The notes under the pieces: model-generated
Seen by the model: only the letters and a program-made list of their open reading frames with translations
The model's database searches: none
What the model was told of the DNA's origin: nothing
Made by a program: the position numbers and the translations under genes
Source: Eledone cirrhosa
Lineage: Eukaryota
Assembly: GCA_964016885.1 (NCBI GenBank)
Contig: OZ024743.1
Location: forward strand, 187,798,001-187,862,000
Length of the DNA stretch: 64,000 nucleotides
Reading direction: 5' to 3'
Shown here: one piece after another, positions 1 through 12,243 of the stretch
Numbering within the stretch: position 1 is the stretch's first letter
Layout: each line of letters begins with the position of its first letter

Positions 1-3000
1 TCAATACTTTCCATGAGAAAAATTAAAGTCAGATACTTTTTCAACAGATCTTGTATATATAAACATACATATGTATATATAATCCAAAATATATAGCAGC
101 CAAAAAAGTAAAAAGGCAAGAACACAGTACAATAAAGGTTATTAGGTAGGAGCTTAAATGTAAAAGGAAATAAGTTAATGTCTTTACAGCTTCATGCATT
201 TGTCCTTCATCAGAAAGAAAGAAAAAATTATGGAATAAATCAGATTAAGTAAAAGAAACAAGTAAAAAGTAAGAATTGGGATTATGTATAGAAATTGGAT
301 GATAAGGGAGTATTTTAAGGAGGTGGGATGGAAACACTGCCCTGAGTACCAGAAAAGTTTCCAAAATTGCTTCTTTTAGCATCTGAAAATATTGATATTA
401 TCTCATCTATAAGGATATATTAAATATCCTTCCTGGAGATGAAACAGTTCTCTTCAGGCATGATGACTTTTCACATCAGGCTGAGCTACGTTAATTGACT
501 ACAGCATACTTAAATACACTAAATGTTTCATGCTTGTCATCACAGATATTAAAATTAAAGGCTAATACTGTATTTCTTTTTCTACATACAATTGACCAAG
601 TTATTGACATGTCTAATGGTGCATGCTTAGTTATTCATGACATTGAAGCAAAAAGTATTAAGATAATACCAAGTGTCATATTTTCATTAGTAGGTAACAA
701 GTCCTCCTTTTACATTCCATGACAATTTCCTATCAAACTAGTAATGGCAATGACAATTAATAAATCATAATATTCATAGCATTCTTACATGGACAAATAT
801 GTGTTGCCTTTCCCAGCATCTTCACATGGCAGACAGAATTGAATGTATGTATATCCAATATATCCAATCCAGAGCCTTCTCACTCTTGTTGGAGAACCTC
901 TTCATAGTTGAATTCAACAGATTTCTGTTTGATTTTGGTCATGTCAGGGGTGTAGCCATACTCACCATGCTTGGCCAATTGCAGATTGGTGAGACTATAT
1001 TTAACCCATACTTGGACTAGATGGCATTGACTCAGAGGAGTTCATCCACCCTTTTTGCAGCTCTTGTTTTTTGTGCCACTGGGGTTCCACTTACACACCT
1101 CACCAGACACTGATCTGGTGGAGGAGTCAGTTTGGTTGCCAACCACTTAACCATGAAGCAGGTTGTACTGGGTAACATGGTACCAGTAGCAGGCAGAAGC
1201 CTCACCTGATATATATATATACCCAACCCCAGCAAAAAAGTTGTTTACAAAGAAATTCCTATTTAGAAAGATTTCTGACAATAACAACATCAATACAGGT
1301 TACAGCCACACACAACATCAAACAATATTTACCTGTACAACATCTGCCAGGTGTCATTAATTACAAAATATGGACAAATATCATTTTGTTCCCATTCATT
1401 TCCAATTCTATATTTTTCTTTGATTGCCTATTTAACAATGTATCACATGAATTCATCATCATTATTTTTTTTTGTTGCATTTTCCATACAGGCATTGGTT
1501 GGAGGGGACTTTCCAAGGTAACATTTTATAGGTAGATGTCCTTCTTGAAACCAACCATATTACTTTCAGGAATATGGTGTTCTTGCACTAAACAGGATAC
1601 ACACAGTAATTTTTATACCAACTTCATTTTTTTTGTTTTTGTCTTTTTATGAATGATTAAATCAAAGCACTAACAATTTCCTATAACATTACTACAGCAC
1701 ATGACATTAAATCATCTAGTAATGAAGGCATACATCACACTTAAAGAGTGTTCAAATTAATATATCATACTTCATCCATTCACATTTTTATTTCATACTT
1801 CCATTTCTGAAATCACTTCCCACTTTTTAATATTTCAATGAAAATTACACTTTAGCAACAATATTACAAACTCACAAATGTGAAAACTACCACACAACTG
1901 CAGCTAAATGAATTACAAAATTATTTCTGTACACATCATCAGTGACAAGGGAACAGAATTACAGACGATTCATTCATCATTCATTTTTATTTTTCTATCT
2001 CAAAAACCACTTTGCACTTCTTTGGTATTCTGTAGAATTTAAGTAGCAACAACCTATCAATAAATTACGAATTAATGAAAATAATAATCCTTAATTCCAT
2101 GAAAACTCCACCATACATGTAGCAGAAAGGATTACAACATAAACTACTATGAATTACTTCATTAGGTAAATATTTATGATATACATATACATTCTTATTT
2201 GAATGTATTTCACTAATTTTGTATATGATGATCTATAGTCAATATTTTCACTTTCCTACTCATGTTTTCAAATAACTCTTCTTTTCAGACATTGTTCAAT
2301 GTTAAAAACAAAACCCAGCAATGAATTAAGAAATATGTTCAAAGGCAACTATTGGTTCCAGCATGATTCTATTTCCTAACATTTCAGACAATTATCAAAT
2401 CAATATGGTTTAAGGATGTAGGCAACATCAAATAACATTCTCCTGCACAATATCATATGAAAGGGACAGAATCACTGATGGTTTCCATCCAAAAGTAAAT
2501 ACCATTCATTCATTGCCTATATATTATTACTTTCCTCTTCCTGCTTAATGAAATAACGCCTTCATAAAATATCAAAGCTGTTGATATCAGATGAGGTACC
2601 AATGAAAATATATGATACATTTCAAGAGAATTATTTAAATAAATAGGATACATATCTTTCATTCATGTCCATGTTTCCATCGATATTTAAAAAATCACTT
2701 CACACCTCTTTCACCTCAGGATCTACATTCCATATTTCATCATTTCTATCCAAGAATAACACTACACACTAACAACCTAAAAAAAGGACACATCAAACTT
2801 ACAGCTACCAGATAACATACATAATCTATCAATAACTAGACAGTCAAAAATGGATGAATGAAACAGGCTGAGTTCCTGATATTTAATGCTACAGGTAAAT
2901 ATGCTTCCTTGCATTTCAGTTAATGCACTTCAAAGGACTTCCTTTCACTTCATCCCATTAGAAATTCTTCATTGTCATTCATTAACAGTCCCTCCTTATC

Positions 3001-3685
3001 ATTCATTCACATTCACAGTTGGCTAAATTACTCTAACACCAGTAGCAACAAAGAAGATATATTAATCATGACCATTATAAAGGAACAATTCATTCATGGT
3101 TCTGAAATCAAACAAAAATTGTTCATTGGATGCCTATGATATTCAATGACACTAAAACACATACCATCCACATTAATTCTTCATTACAGAAAATAGTTCC
3201 TTTTCTTCAACCCTTAAAATTTTCACCTCACTCCATTTTACTTAAAGAAATTAAATTCTGAAATCCATCTTTATTCATTGAAGTTTATTAACACATGTGC
3301 AAGACAAATAACTTTCAGTTAAAAGAAACAACAAACATTTCAGGTTAGGAAGAACTCCTACTTACACAACAGAGGGATTACAAATTTGAACTAACACTTT
3401 AAAAGCAGATAAACAAACTTTACTACTAATACTAACATTGTACTTATACAATAACCATTCATTCTAATATAAATAATTAACATATATATGCATTTCAGAA
3501 TGCTAGGAGCAAATGGAAATATATACCAATCAAATACATGTTTCCATGTGGTTGATTGGATGAAATATACATCTTCTGATGTGGGTTTAATTACATCCAA
3601 AGATCGATTAAACATATTTATCATTTAAAAAATTTTTCAATGAAAATCATATTTTCTGGCATGTTTACATACCTACATATTAGAT

Positions 3686-6600
3686 CATCATCATCATCAT
3701 CATTGTTTAACGTCCATGTTCCACGCTTGCATGGGTTTGGACGGGAGTTTTCCCACTTGAGGCAAGAGTGGTTGTCTTGCTTGTATAGGACTGTCTGGCC
3801 GGTTTTCTACGGCTGGATGCCCTTCCTAACACCAACCACATTTACAGTGTGGAACTGGGAGGTTTTTACCATGTTACCTACACGGCCACATTACAGCGTG
3901 GACTGTGTTTTTTGTCGTGACACCTACACGACCTCATTTGTTTCGGACTGGATGTTGTGGTACCAACATAACTTTACATTGAAAGGGGTGGTGTGGATGG
4001 GGTGGGGGTAGTGGGATGGGGGTGTATTTTGTTAGAGGTGCCTACTGACTGTAGTAGGTTTCACTTTGCACTTAGGTAAGGCGGGTCTTCTCTATTACTG
4101 TGTAGTGCCAAAGATCTCGGTCCAGTGACATTGTCTTGGAGAGGTGTAAGTGTGTGAGGTTGGAATTTATCAAGTCGTCCCAGGTTTTTCTGGGTCTGCC
4201 TACTCCGTGGCTACCGTCTATTTTTATTGCCCTGCACTTTTTTATACAGCTGTCGTCTTTCATGCGCATCACGTGACCATACCAATGTAGTCTTCTCTCG
4301 AGTAAACAACATCTGATCCCACTTATTCCTAATTTCTCCCTTAGTTCGTTTATGCTTTGCCGTTCACGTATATTACTATTACACATCCAGCGGAACATGC
4401 AAGCTTCGTTTCTCTCCAGTCTGCATATATCCTCTGCACACAATGCCCATGTCTCACTGCCATGTAACATTGCTGTTCGTATGCAGGCATCATACAGCCT
4501 GCCTTTCATTTTTAGAGAGAACCCTTTAGCAGCCAATAGTGGTATAAGCTCTCTGAACTTTTTACATCCCGTTCTGACTCTAGCTACTGTACTTTCAGAG
4601 CACCCTCCCCCACTGCTGATTTTGTCACCCAGGTAACGGAAGCTGTCCACTATTTCTATAGTACCATCTGTGCAATGGAATGAGTTAGTATTCTGTGTGC
4701 ACTTGCTGCTACTTATTGCACCAGAGCACCGGCCACATATAAAATCTATATTCTTAGTTAGCTTACCTGTGATCCCACTACATCTTTTATGTACCCATAC
4801 TTTGCATTTGGAACATAAAATGGAGTTTCTACCTACTCCTTTCCTACACACTGAGCATGGCCATTTCCCAGATGGGACCGGTGCCTTATTTTCCTTCCTA
4901 CAAACTAGAACTTTAGTCTTAGACAAGTTAACTTTAAGGCCTTTTGATTCTAGGCCATGCGTCCATGTTTGGAATTTCTTCTCTAGCTCGGCCATTGATT
5001 CAGCTATGAGCGTTAGATCATCTGCGTATAGGAGTTCCCATGGGCAGCCGGTCTTGAACTCCTCTGTTATAGCCTGAAGAGCAATAATAAATAGTAGGGG
5101 CTAAGAACGGAGCCCTGATGAACGCCAACTTTTATGCTAAACTCTTCACTATACTTTGTTAATTCTAACCTTGCTGACTGTTTCTTTATACATGGCTTGT
5201 ATAGCTCTGACAAGCCATTCATCAACACCTAGTTTTCTAAGAGCCCACCAGATAATCGAGCGGGGTACTCTGTCAAAGGCTTTCTCCAACTCAACAAAAG
5301 CTAAGTATAGGGGTTTACTTTTAGCTAGGTACTTCTCCTGTAGTTGTTGTACAATGAAAAGAGCGTCTGTTGTACTTTTACCTGACACAAACCCGAACTG
5401 CATTTCGTCTAGATCAATTCGCTCTCTGATTAGTTGCGCTATTACTTTTTCTGTGACCTTCATGACCTGGTCAATTAATTTAATGCCTCTATAGTTTCCC
5501 CTATCTAGGGCATCACCTTTACCCTTGTAGCAGTTAATGATGATGCTGCTGTGCCAGTCCTTCGGAATGACCCCATTCTGTATGACTTGGTTTACTATCC
5601 GGGTGACCATAGTGTGTCCCACCGTTCAGCATTTCGGCAACTATTTCCGAACGCCCGGCCGCCTTGCCCGTCTTCATGTCTTTGATCGCCTTACTTATTA
5701 TACAACCTTCAACTTGCACTGCTGGTCCCTCTATTGGGTCGATGTGGGGGAGACTGTCTTTCTCCCAATTATTCTCCTCATTTAGTAGCCTTTCGTAGTG
5801 ACACTTCCAAGCTACCTTCTTATCAGCGTCAGTGATGGCAAGTACACCATCATCATTAAGGACAGACTTCTCCCCGACAATATCACTGTTTTCCTTGACA
5901 CATTGCCTAGCAATCCTGAACACCTCATGTTTCTGGTCCTCGCGTTGTAGAACATGCTTGAACTTTCTTTCCTCTGCTTCGCTTCTTGCGAAGTACACTT
6001 GTCTCCTAGCTTCCCTCCTGGCCACTTGATAGTCTTCTCTACTTCCCCCATCCCGCCATACTTTCCAAGCCTGCTTTTTGGCCTTGATTGACCTCTCCAC
6101 CTTACTGTTCCACCACCAAGTTACTCTCCTCCTGCCTATAGGCCTGCTCCAGCCACAGGTTTCATCTGTCGCCTTCAGCAGGTTAGCTTTCAGGAATTCC
6201 CACTGTTCCTCTATATTGTACGACTCTAATTGCTCTTCCTTACTATCAAAAGCATCAAGTAATATGCTTTTAAATTTATTACTGGCTGTGGGGTCCTTTA
6301 ATTTCCGTATTTTTCTCCTGAGGATAGTCCTCTTTTGTTGTCGAATAGGTCTCGTCCTGACTATGAGGTCGCTAATTATGAGTCTATGTTGAGAGGTGCA
6401 TTCTTCATGGGGGAGGGATTTAGTGTTTACAACAGACACTCTGTCACGTCTTCTGGTAAGGATATAATCTACCTGGCTTGTGTGTTCCCCCGATCTATAT
6501 GTGATCAAGTGATTGTCTCGTTTTTTGAAGTTAGTGTTACAGATAGTTAGGTTATTTGCGTCACAGAATTCCAGGATTCTGGACCTTCCTCATTTCTAGT

Positions 6601-7247
6601 ACCAAATCCATAGCCACCATGGATTCCATCATAGCCGTCACAATGTTGTCCAACGTGACCATTTAGGTCGCCAGCAATAATTATATAGTCACTGTCGGTT
6701 ATTTGGGAGGTAGTGAGTATCAGTGTCTCATAGAATCTGTCTTTTATAGTGCCGGGCAGTCCGGATTGGGGTGCGTACGCAGATATTACTGTCACCGTAG
6801 TTCTATTGAGGACAAGTCTTATTTTAATTATTCTGTCGTTCACTCTATTTACGTCTATTATCTTTTCTGCCCACTTTTCTGCTACCATGAACCCTACTCC
6901 ACCCTGCCCATTGTCATTTCCCACCCAGAAAAGCTTATAGCATCGTTCTTTACCCACGATGAATCTAGCAGACCCACCCCTCCACCTGGTCTCTTGAATA
7001 CAACAAACATTGACCTCCTTACGTTCAAGCATTTCTACAACCTCGTTAGAGCGACCCTTTAAGGTGCCTACATTCATGGTACCAACTCTGAAGTTTTGGA
7101 TTGCGTTTGGAGGGTGGGAGCGGTGGGGTGCGGGGGGAGATGGGGTTATGTTAGCCATCCGTGGCCGAAACAAAGAGGAGGAGTCCTTGCATTCTCGTCC
7201 ATGAGGTGAATTTGTCTTTATCTTTGGCATTGTCACAGAGTGTCCAG
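3686..7247 (-). mobile_element. RTE-clade LINE (family A), near full length; APE + RT + PHD finger, frameshifted
   Basis: Minus-strand ORF pieces give APE (GTMNVGTL, CIQETRW, SAYAPQ, GDLNGHVG, SQHRL), RT (QFGF, KAFDRV, LLYADD, YLG) and RTE C-terminus (WYGHVMR, GRPRKTW). (GAT)n tail at about 3686-3702. Candidate 7-bp TSD ATTAGAT at 3679-3685 and 7248-7254. Confidence 0.95.
4072..7236 (-). pseudogene. Disrupted RTE ORF (endonuclease-reverse transcriptase)
   Basis: ORFs 6547-7236, 5534-6508, 5149-5622 and 4072-4995 are consecutive segments of one protein split by frameshifts. Confidence 0.92.
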
Positions 7248-7364
7248 ATTAGATATATGTAGATATTTACACCTGTTGTTGCAGTCTTGATTACACACTC
7301 TGGATTTATACAGATATAACTTCAACTGCCAGCTTTTTGTGATGTCACCAACAAGACTATATAT

Positions 7365-8190
7365 ATCACCATCATCATCACCATTTAATGTCGATGTTTC
7401 CATGCTCTCATGGGTGAGATGAGTTATCCCATTGTGAGCAATGGCAGATGAGATGACCACGTCTTTCTCATACAGAACTGATTTTGGCTTGGTTTTTACA
7501 GATGTTTGCTCTTCCTAATGACAACCTCATTTACAGTGAGTACTGGGTGCTTTTTGTCATGATTCCTACACAACCACTTTACAGTCTGGACTGGGTGCTT
7601 TTTGTCATGATACCTACACAACTGCTTTACTGTGTTAATGCATGTTTTCACTATGACACCTACACAACACTTTATATTGAGGACCGGGTACCATCATGAC
7701 CACTTTACAGTGAGGGCTGGGTGCTTTTTGCTGTGTCACCATCACGACCACTTTACAGTGTAGGCAGGAGGCTTCACTGGATGTATACATCTGCTTATCC
7801 CCATGGGAGATGTATGGGAGTGAGTGGGGTGAGATGGTGCATATTATATATATATGCTTCAGTCTTGGCCTGTGCCTATGGGAAGTCTGGTCTTCTGCAA
7901 TACTGTGTAACACCAGAGATTTCCGTCTTGTACCATCACCTTTGAGAGGTGCAATTGGGCATGGTCAGCTTTTATTACCTTGTCCCAAATCTTCCTGGTT
8001 CTCCCCACTCCATGGCTTCCATTGAATTTGAGTGCTCTGCACATTTTTATGCAGTTACTGTCTTTCATATGCATCACATGTCCATACCAATGCAATCTCC
8101 TCTCCTGCACACTGCATCTGATTCCTCTTTTGCCTAGTTTCTCTCTCAGTACATTTATGCTTTGCTATTCACATATATCATTATTGTACA
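7365..8190 (-). mobile_element. Older RTE subfamily 3' fragment with repetitive 3' UTR
   Basis: ORF 7859-8110 reads QERRLHWYGHVMHMKD...GRTRKIWDK. It is followed by ACTGTAAA repeat modules and a (GAT)n-type tail at about 7365-7385. Confidence 0.8.
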
Positions 8191-8198
8191 TCCATTAT

Positions 8199-8230
<32 letters not shown>

Positions 8231-8393
8231 TGTCATCATCTTCAATGTTTGCAATGGACATGAAACGTTGATGATGTTGATGATATATATATACATTGCC
8301 CATTGAGTGCGCTGAGATACAACCGGTACTGGCATTGATAAATATGCTGGGTCCGTCAACCATTATTATATATATATATACAATGATGATATA

Positions 8394-8645
8394 TCATCAT
8401 CATCATCATCATCATCGTTTAACGTCCATGTTCCACGCTTGCATGGGTTTGGACGGGGGTTTTCCCACTTGAGGCAAGAGTGGTTGTCTTGCTCGCATAG
8501 GACTGTCTGGCGGGTTTTCTACAGCTGGATGCCCTTCCTAACACCAACCATATTTACAGTGTGGGGCTGGGAGGTTTTTACCGTGTTGCCTACACGGCCA
8601 CATTACAGCGTGGACTGTCTGGCGTGTTTTCTACAGCTGGATGCC
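8394..8645 (-). mobile_element. RTE family A extreme 3' end (UTR + tail)
   Basis: Near-identical to 3690-3910, with a (CAT)n tail on the plus strand. Confidence 0.9.
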
Positions 8646-8764
8646 ATATATATATATATATACAAGCGAGACAACGTCACCTGACCAATCTTACTTCAAA
8701 TGGGACAAATCCTGTCTAACTCATGCTAGCGTGGAAGATAGACGTTAAACGATGATGATGATAG

Positions 8765-9092
8765 TTGTGTTGGTGACATGACAAAAAGCAACTGGTGCAC
8801 ACTGTAAATTACTTGTTTCAGTGCCACGATAAAAAGCACCCGGTCCATACTATATAGTCGTTAGTGTTAGCACCCAGTCCATACTGTATAGTCGATAGTG
8901 TTAGCACACAGTCCATACTGTATAGTCGATAGTGTTAGCATCTGGTCCATACTGTATAGTTGATGACCATCCAGCCATAAAAATCAACCCAAAATACATA
9001 CCCACATGAGTAATTCATGGTCTCTGGACATAACGTGACAACCCGACTAATACAAGCAACAATGAAAAATGGATATTAAAGGATGATGATGA
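8765..9092 (+). mobile_element. Non-autonomous RTE-tailed SINE-like element with an internal 34-bp tandem repeat
   Basis: GCACCCAGTCCATACTGTATAGTCGATAGTGTTA-like units start at 8836, 8870, 8904 and 8938. The element ends in a degenerate RTE tail with GATGATGAT. Confidence 0.65.
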
Positions 9093-9101
9093 TATATCTT
9101 A

Positions 9102-9980
9102 TCTATAATATAAAACTGACGGCCGTATGTAGGTAACAAACTTTCCGCCAAATGGCTGGACCAAATTTGCACCATAAGATGTAACTTTTTCCAAGTAAAA
9201 AAGTGGGGGTATTTTTATCTACTGAATTTTGTTAAAAGATTAAAGACATTATTTAAATATTGAGTTCAAATCCGGCTGAGGTTCACTTTGCCTTTCATCC
9301 TTATGGGGTCAATAAAATAAAATACCAGTAATGCACTGGATAATTGCTGCCCTTGTGCCAAAAATAGAAACAATTATTTAAATATTCACTTCTTTCAAAT
9401 TTCAAATGTCAACACTTCCGGTTATATGTCATTCCTCACTTTTTCTTATGACGTCGCACAACATTCCCCTCTTTTTCTTAGTCTGTCTTTCCAAGATCTG
9501 AGAACCATCAATGGCCATCAATGTTCCACTTACTGTTTAGCTTGCCGTTACACAATGACATCCATTGGGACCTCACCCTGCAAGAAGCAGCAACTGCTAA
9601 AGTCCCTTCTCAGCTGCAAAAACCTTTTGCTATTATGCTGCACAACTGTGATCTTGCCGACCCTCTCGCACTGTGGACATCCTCCACCGCACACACAGAC
9701 ACAATCCGAACGTAACATACAATGTAGTTTTCAATGAGGCACTCATTTGTCTTGAAATCAGTGTCTTGGAGATTGGTGGTAGGCCTCTAAGTTACTATAG
9801 CTTACCTGCTCCTGACAGGTGTGTCCAGAGGTCAACGTCTACAGAGCTTCTCCGCGAGATGAGCTACGAGATCAGTGATTCTCCCATGGTCAATTGTATG
9901 TAGGATGCTCTAGGGTGAGCTCGCCAAACAATCTCTTCATCTTTGCTCCGTAGGGTCGAACAAAAAATATTGTATACTCT
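9102..9980 (+). mobile_element. Internally deleted Helitron (RepHel remnant)
   Basis: Starts A|TCTATAATATAAAA. Translations SFQDLRTINGHQC, HWDLTLQEAA...FAIMLHNCDLADPLALW and FNEALICLE...GGRPLSYYSLPAPDR, then SHGQLYVGCSRV...TKNIVY (Pif1 helicase C-terminus) at about 9881-9977. No clear 3' CTAG terminus seen. Confidence 0.85.
9262..9372 (+). mobile_element. 5'-truncated tRNA-derived SINE (Nin/Deu-like body) inserted in the Helitron
   Basis: B-box GAGTTCAAATCC and CTTTGCCTTTCATCCTTATGGGGTC...ACCAG body. 14-bp TSD ATTATTTAAATATT at 9248-9261 and 9373-9386. Confidence 0.88.
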
Positions 9981-10740
9981 TTTTTACATTTTTACCTGCT
10001 TATACATTATTAAAGATATTTATACATGTGTACGTTTAAATGTAATTCTCAGGTAGATTCAGCATGTGTACACTTACATATATATAGTTGATAAAAGAAA
10101 CAAATTGATATATATATATATATGTATGTATATCTATATTTGTGTGTATATATACATATATATATATAAATATATGTGTGTGTATAAATATGTATAAATA
10201 TATATTTGGTTTAGAATAGGTACATCCCTGCATGTTGTAGGAAGCAACTGAAATTATTGTTCTCAGAAAGGGCATCCAGTTGTAAAAAATTGCCTTAAAT
10301 GTGTCATTCAACACATGCCAACTTGGAAAAGTCAAACGATGATGATGATATAATATCTCCAATAATACAACTATCAGAGACAATAAACAGCATATGTTTC
10401 TTTTCTTCTGTGTCCATTAACCTTTTCATAATTAATATCAATTTCGACACTTTGTTTTCAAATTACTATTGCTTCATTTACATTCATTATTATCTTCAGC
10501 TGGCAAATAAATATTTATCCAATAACACAAAGAGTAAACCATACAGATTGATCACAATCATAATGATGATACCAAGCATTCATAGCAGGATCACTAAGAT
10601 ATTCTAATGAAACAAACATTTCTGAATAACTCATAACCTGCAGATTATACAACAACTTAAGGAAACCCATGCATAACACATAATGAACAATTACTGCAAC
10701 AATATATTTATAATAATAGCTTTTTTGGCTTTATTATATA

Positions 10741-10932
10741 GGGCGGTGGATTGGCAGTATTGGTAGAGGGTCGGGCGCCATGCTTTGAAGCATAGAGTTA
10801 CCTCCCTTTATGATCTGAGTTCAAATCTCGCCGAGGTTAACTTTGCCTTTCATCCTTACTGGGTCGAAAAAATAAAGTACCACTAATGCACTGCGATAAT
10901 TGCTGGCCTGGTGCCAAAAGTATAAACAATTA
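10741..10932 (+). mobile_element. tRNA-derived SINE (Nin/Deu-like), full length
   Basis: A-box TGGCAGTATTGG, B-box GAGTTCAAATC, central CTTTGCCTTTCATCCTT motif, 3' end GCTGGCCTGGTGCCAAAAGTATAAACAATTA. TSD ATTATATAG. Confidence 0.9.
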
Positions 10933-11877
10933 TATAGAAACTACATAACATGACAGCTACAGCTTGATAACGTCTATGTTCCCCAGTCTGTTGTGGTCTG
11001 GTTACGAATGCCAAATTTGGGAAGGTGAGTTGTCCGTGTTTGGTTTGCCGAATTTGGAAGGTGACAGGGATTTGGTTTGGCAGGAGGCATAAGTGAAGAT
11101 TGGCGTTCAGTGTAAGGTGCTTGTTGAGTGTTTGTGGACTGGTTTGGAAAAATAACGGTTTTATTAATGTTTATATATATAATGTTAATTCCAAAATATA
11201 CTTACATAAATTTAGATTATGTATGAGAAGACTGTTATAGGTTTTATTGTAAAAATGCAAGTGATTTTTGTGGATATGAAAACAGAAAGGAAGGAAAAGG
11301 CAAGGGCTCTAGCGTCACAGAATAACGGGAGGGAGAGGGGGAGAGGGATGATCTCTAGGCCTAGGGCATGGTGGTATTGGGGCTGCGCCCCATGGACAAG
11401 ACCACAAAATCATGATTCCAATGCACTTTAGTAATGCATATCATATTCAGTGCAGTGCTGCATCAACTCTGCAATGTATTTCTGACTATATTTAAATTTT
11501 AGCAGGTGGAAATACCTGTAGATGCCAACTATCCTCAAAACACATGAGACATTCAGTCAATCTAAATCAAGAAGCTTACTGCCTTTCAAGGTAACATTAT
11601 GAAATAAATGTCTTAATATATTCTGCATACATCATGCTTCATTGAACATTCTTACCAAATACATGTTATATCATCATCATCATCATCACTTGATGTCCAT
11701 ATTCCCTTTTGGAAAGTGATAACAATGTCACACCTGATCAATAATCAAGCAGAACCAGGTGTATTGAGGGCCCAATATATGACTCCACACTCTACTGAGT
11801 GCATTCTATTGTGGCACAAAAAATAAGGAAGTTAACGTGACATAGGCATATCTAAATAGTTTTCATGACCCTTTTAT

Positions 11878-12240
11878 GGCAAGGCTTCTGTGGTTGGATG
11901 CCCTTCCTATCACTAACCACTTTACAGAGTGTTCTGGATGATCCTATATTGTGTAGATCACCAACACTAGAGAGGTTGTCATGTTTATGACACAGCTAAT
12001 AAATCTTCTCAACACATTCTTTGGCAGGTTTTCTATAGCTAGATGACTTCCTATAACTAATCGCCCTACAGAGTGTGCTGGATGATCATTTATTGTGTCG
12101 ATCACCAACTCTAGGGAGATTGACATATCTATGATACAACTAAAAAAATCTTCTCAACGCATTGTTTGGCAGGTTTTCTACAGCTAGATGCCTTCCTATC
12201 CCTAATCACCCTACAGATTGTGCTGGGTATAATTAACATG
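11878..12240. repeat. About 145-bp tandem repeat built from the RTE/SINE GGATGCCCTTCC module; third unit interrupted by an RTE
   Basis: Units start at about 11878, 12023 and 12168. The remainder of unit 3 resumes at about 14652-14700. Confidence 0.75.
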
Positions 12241-12243
12241 TAT

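Noticed and set aside
930-1210. GC-richer island, possibly a retroelement UTR
   Set aside because: No second copy, terminal repeat or ORF in the window to support a call.
2240-3250. Possible ancient LINE/Penelope RT relic
   Set aside because: Only vague motif-like fragments with many stops; not assignable by eye.
7530-8962. CRISPR-like repeat/spacer pattern
   Set aside because: Units are degenerate tandem repeats without unique spacers, no cas genes are present, and the context is eukaryotic.
12166-12243. N-terminal MAGFLQLDAF... of the 698-aa ORF as a signal or TM segment
   Set aside because: It derives from the flanking 145-bp tandem repeat; read-through is fortuitous.
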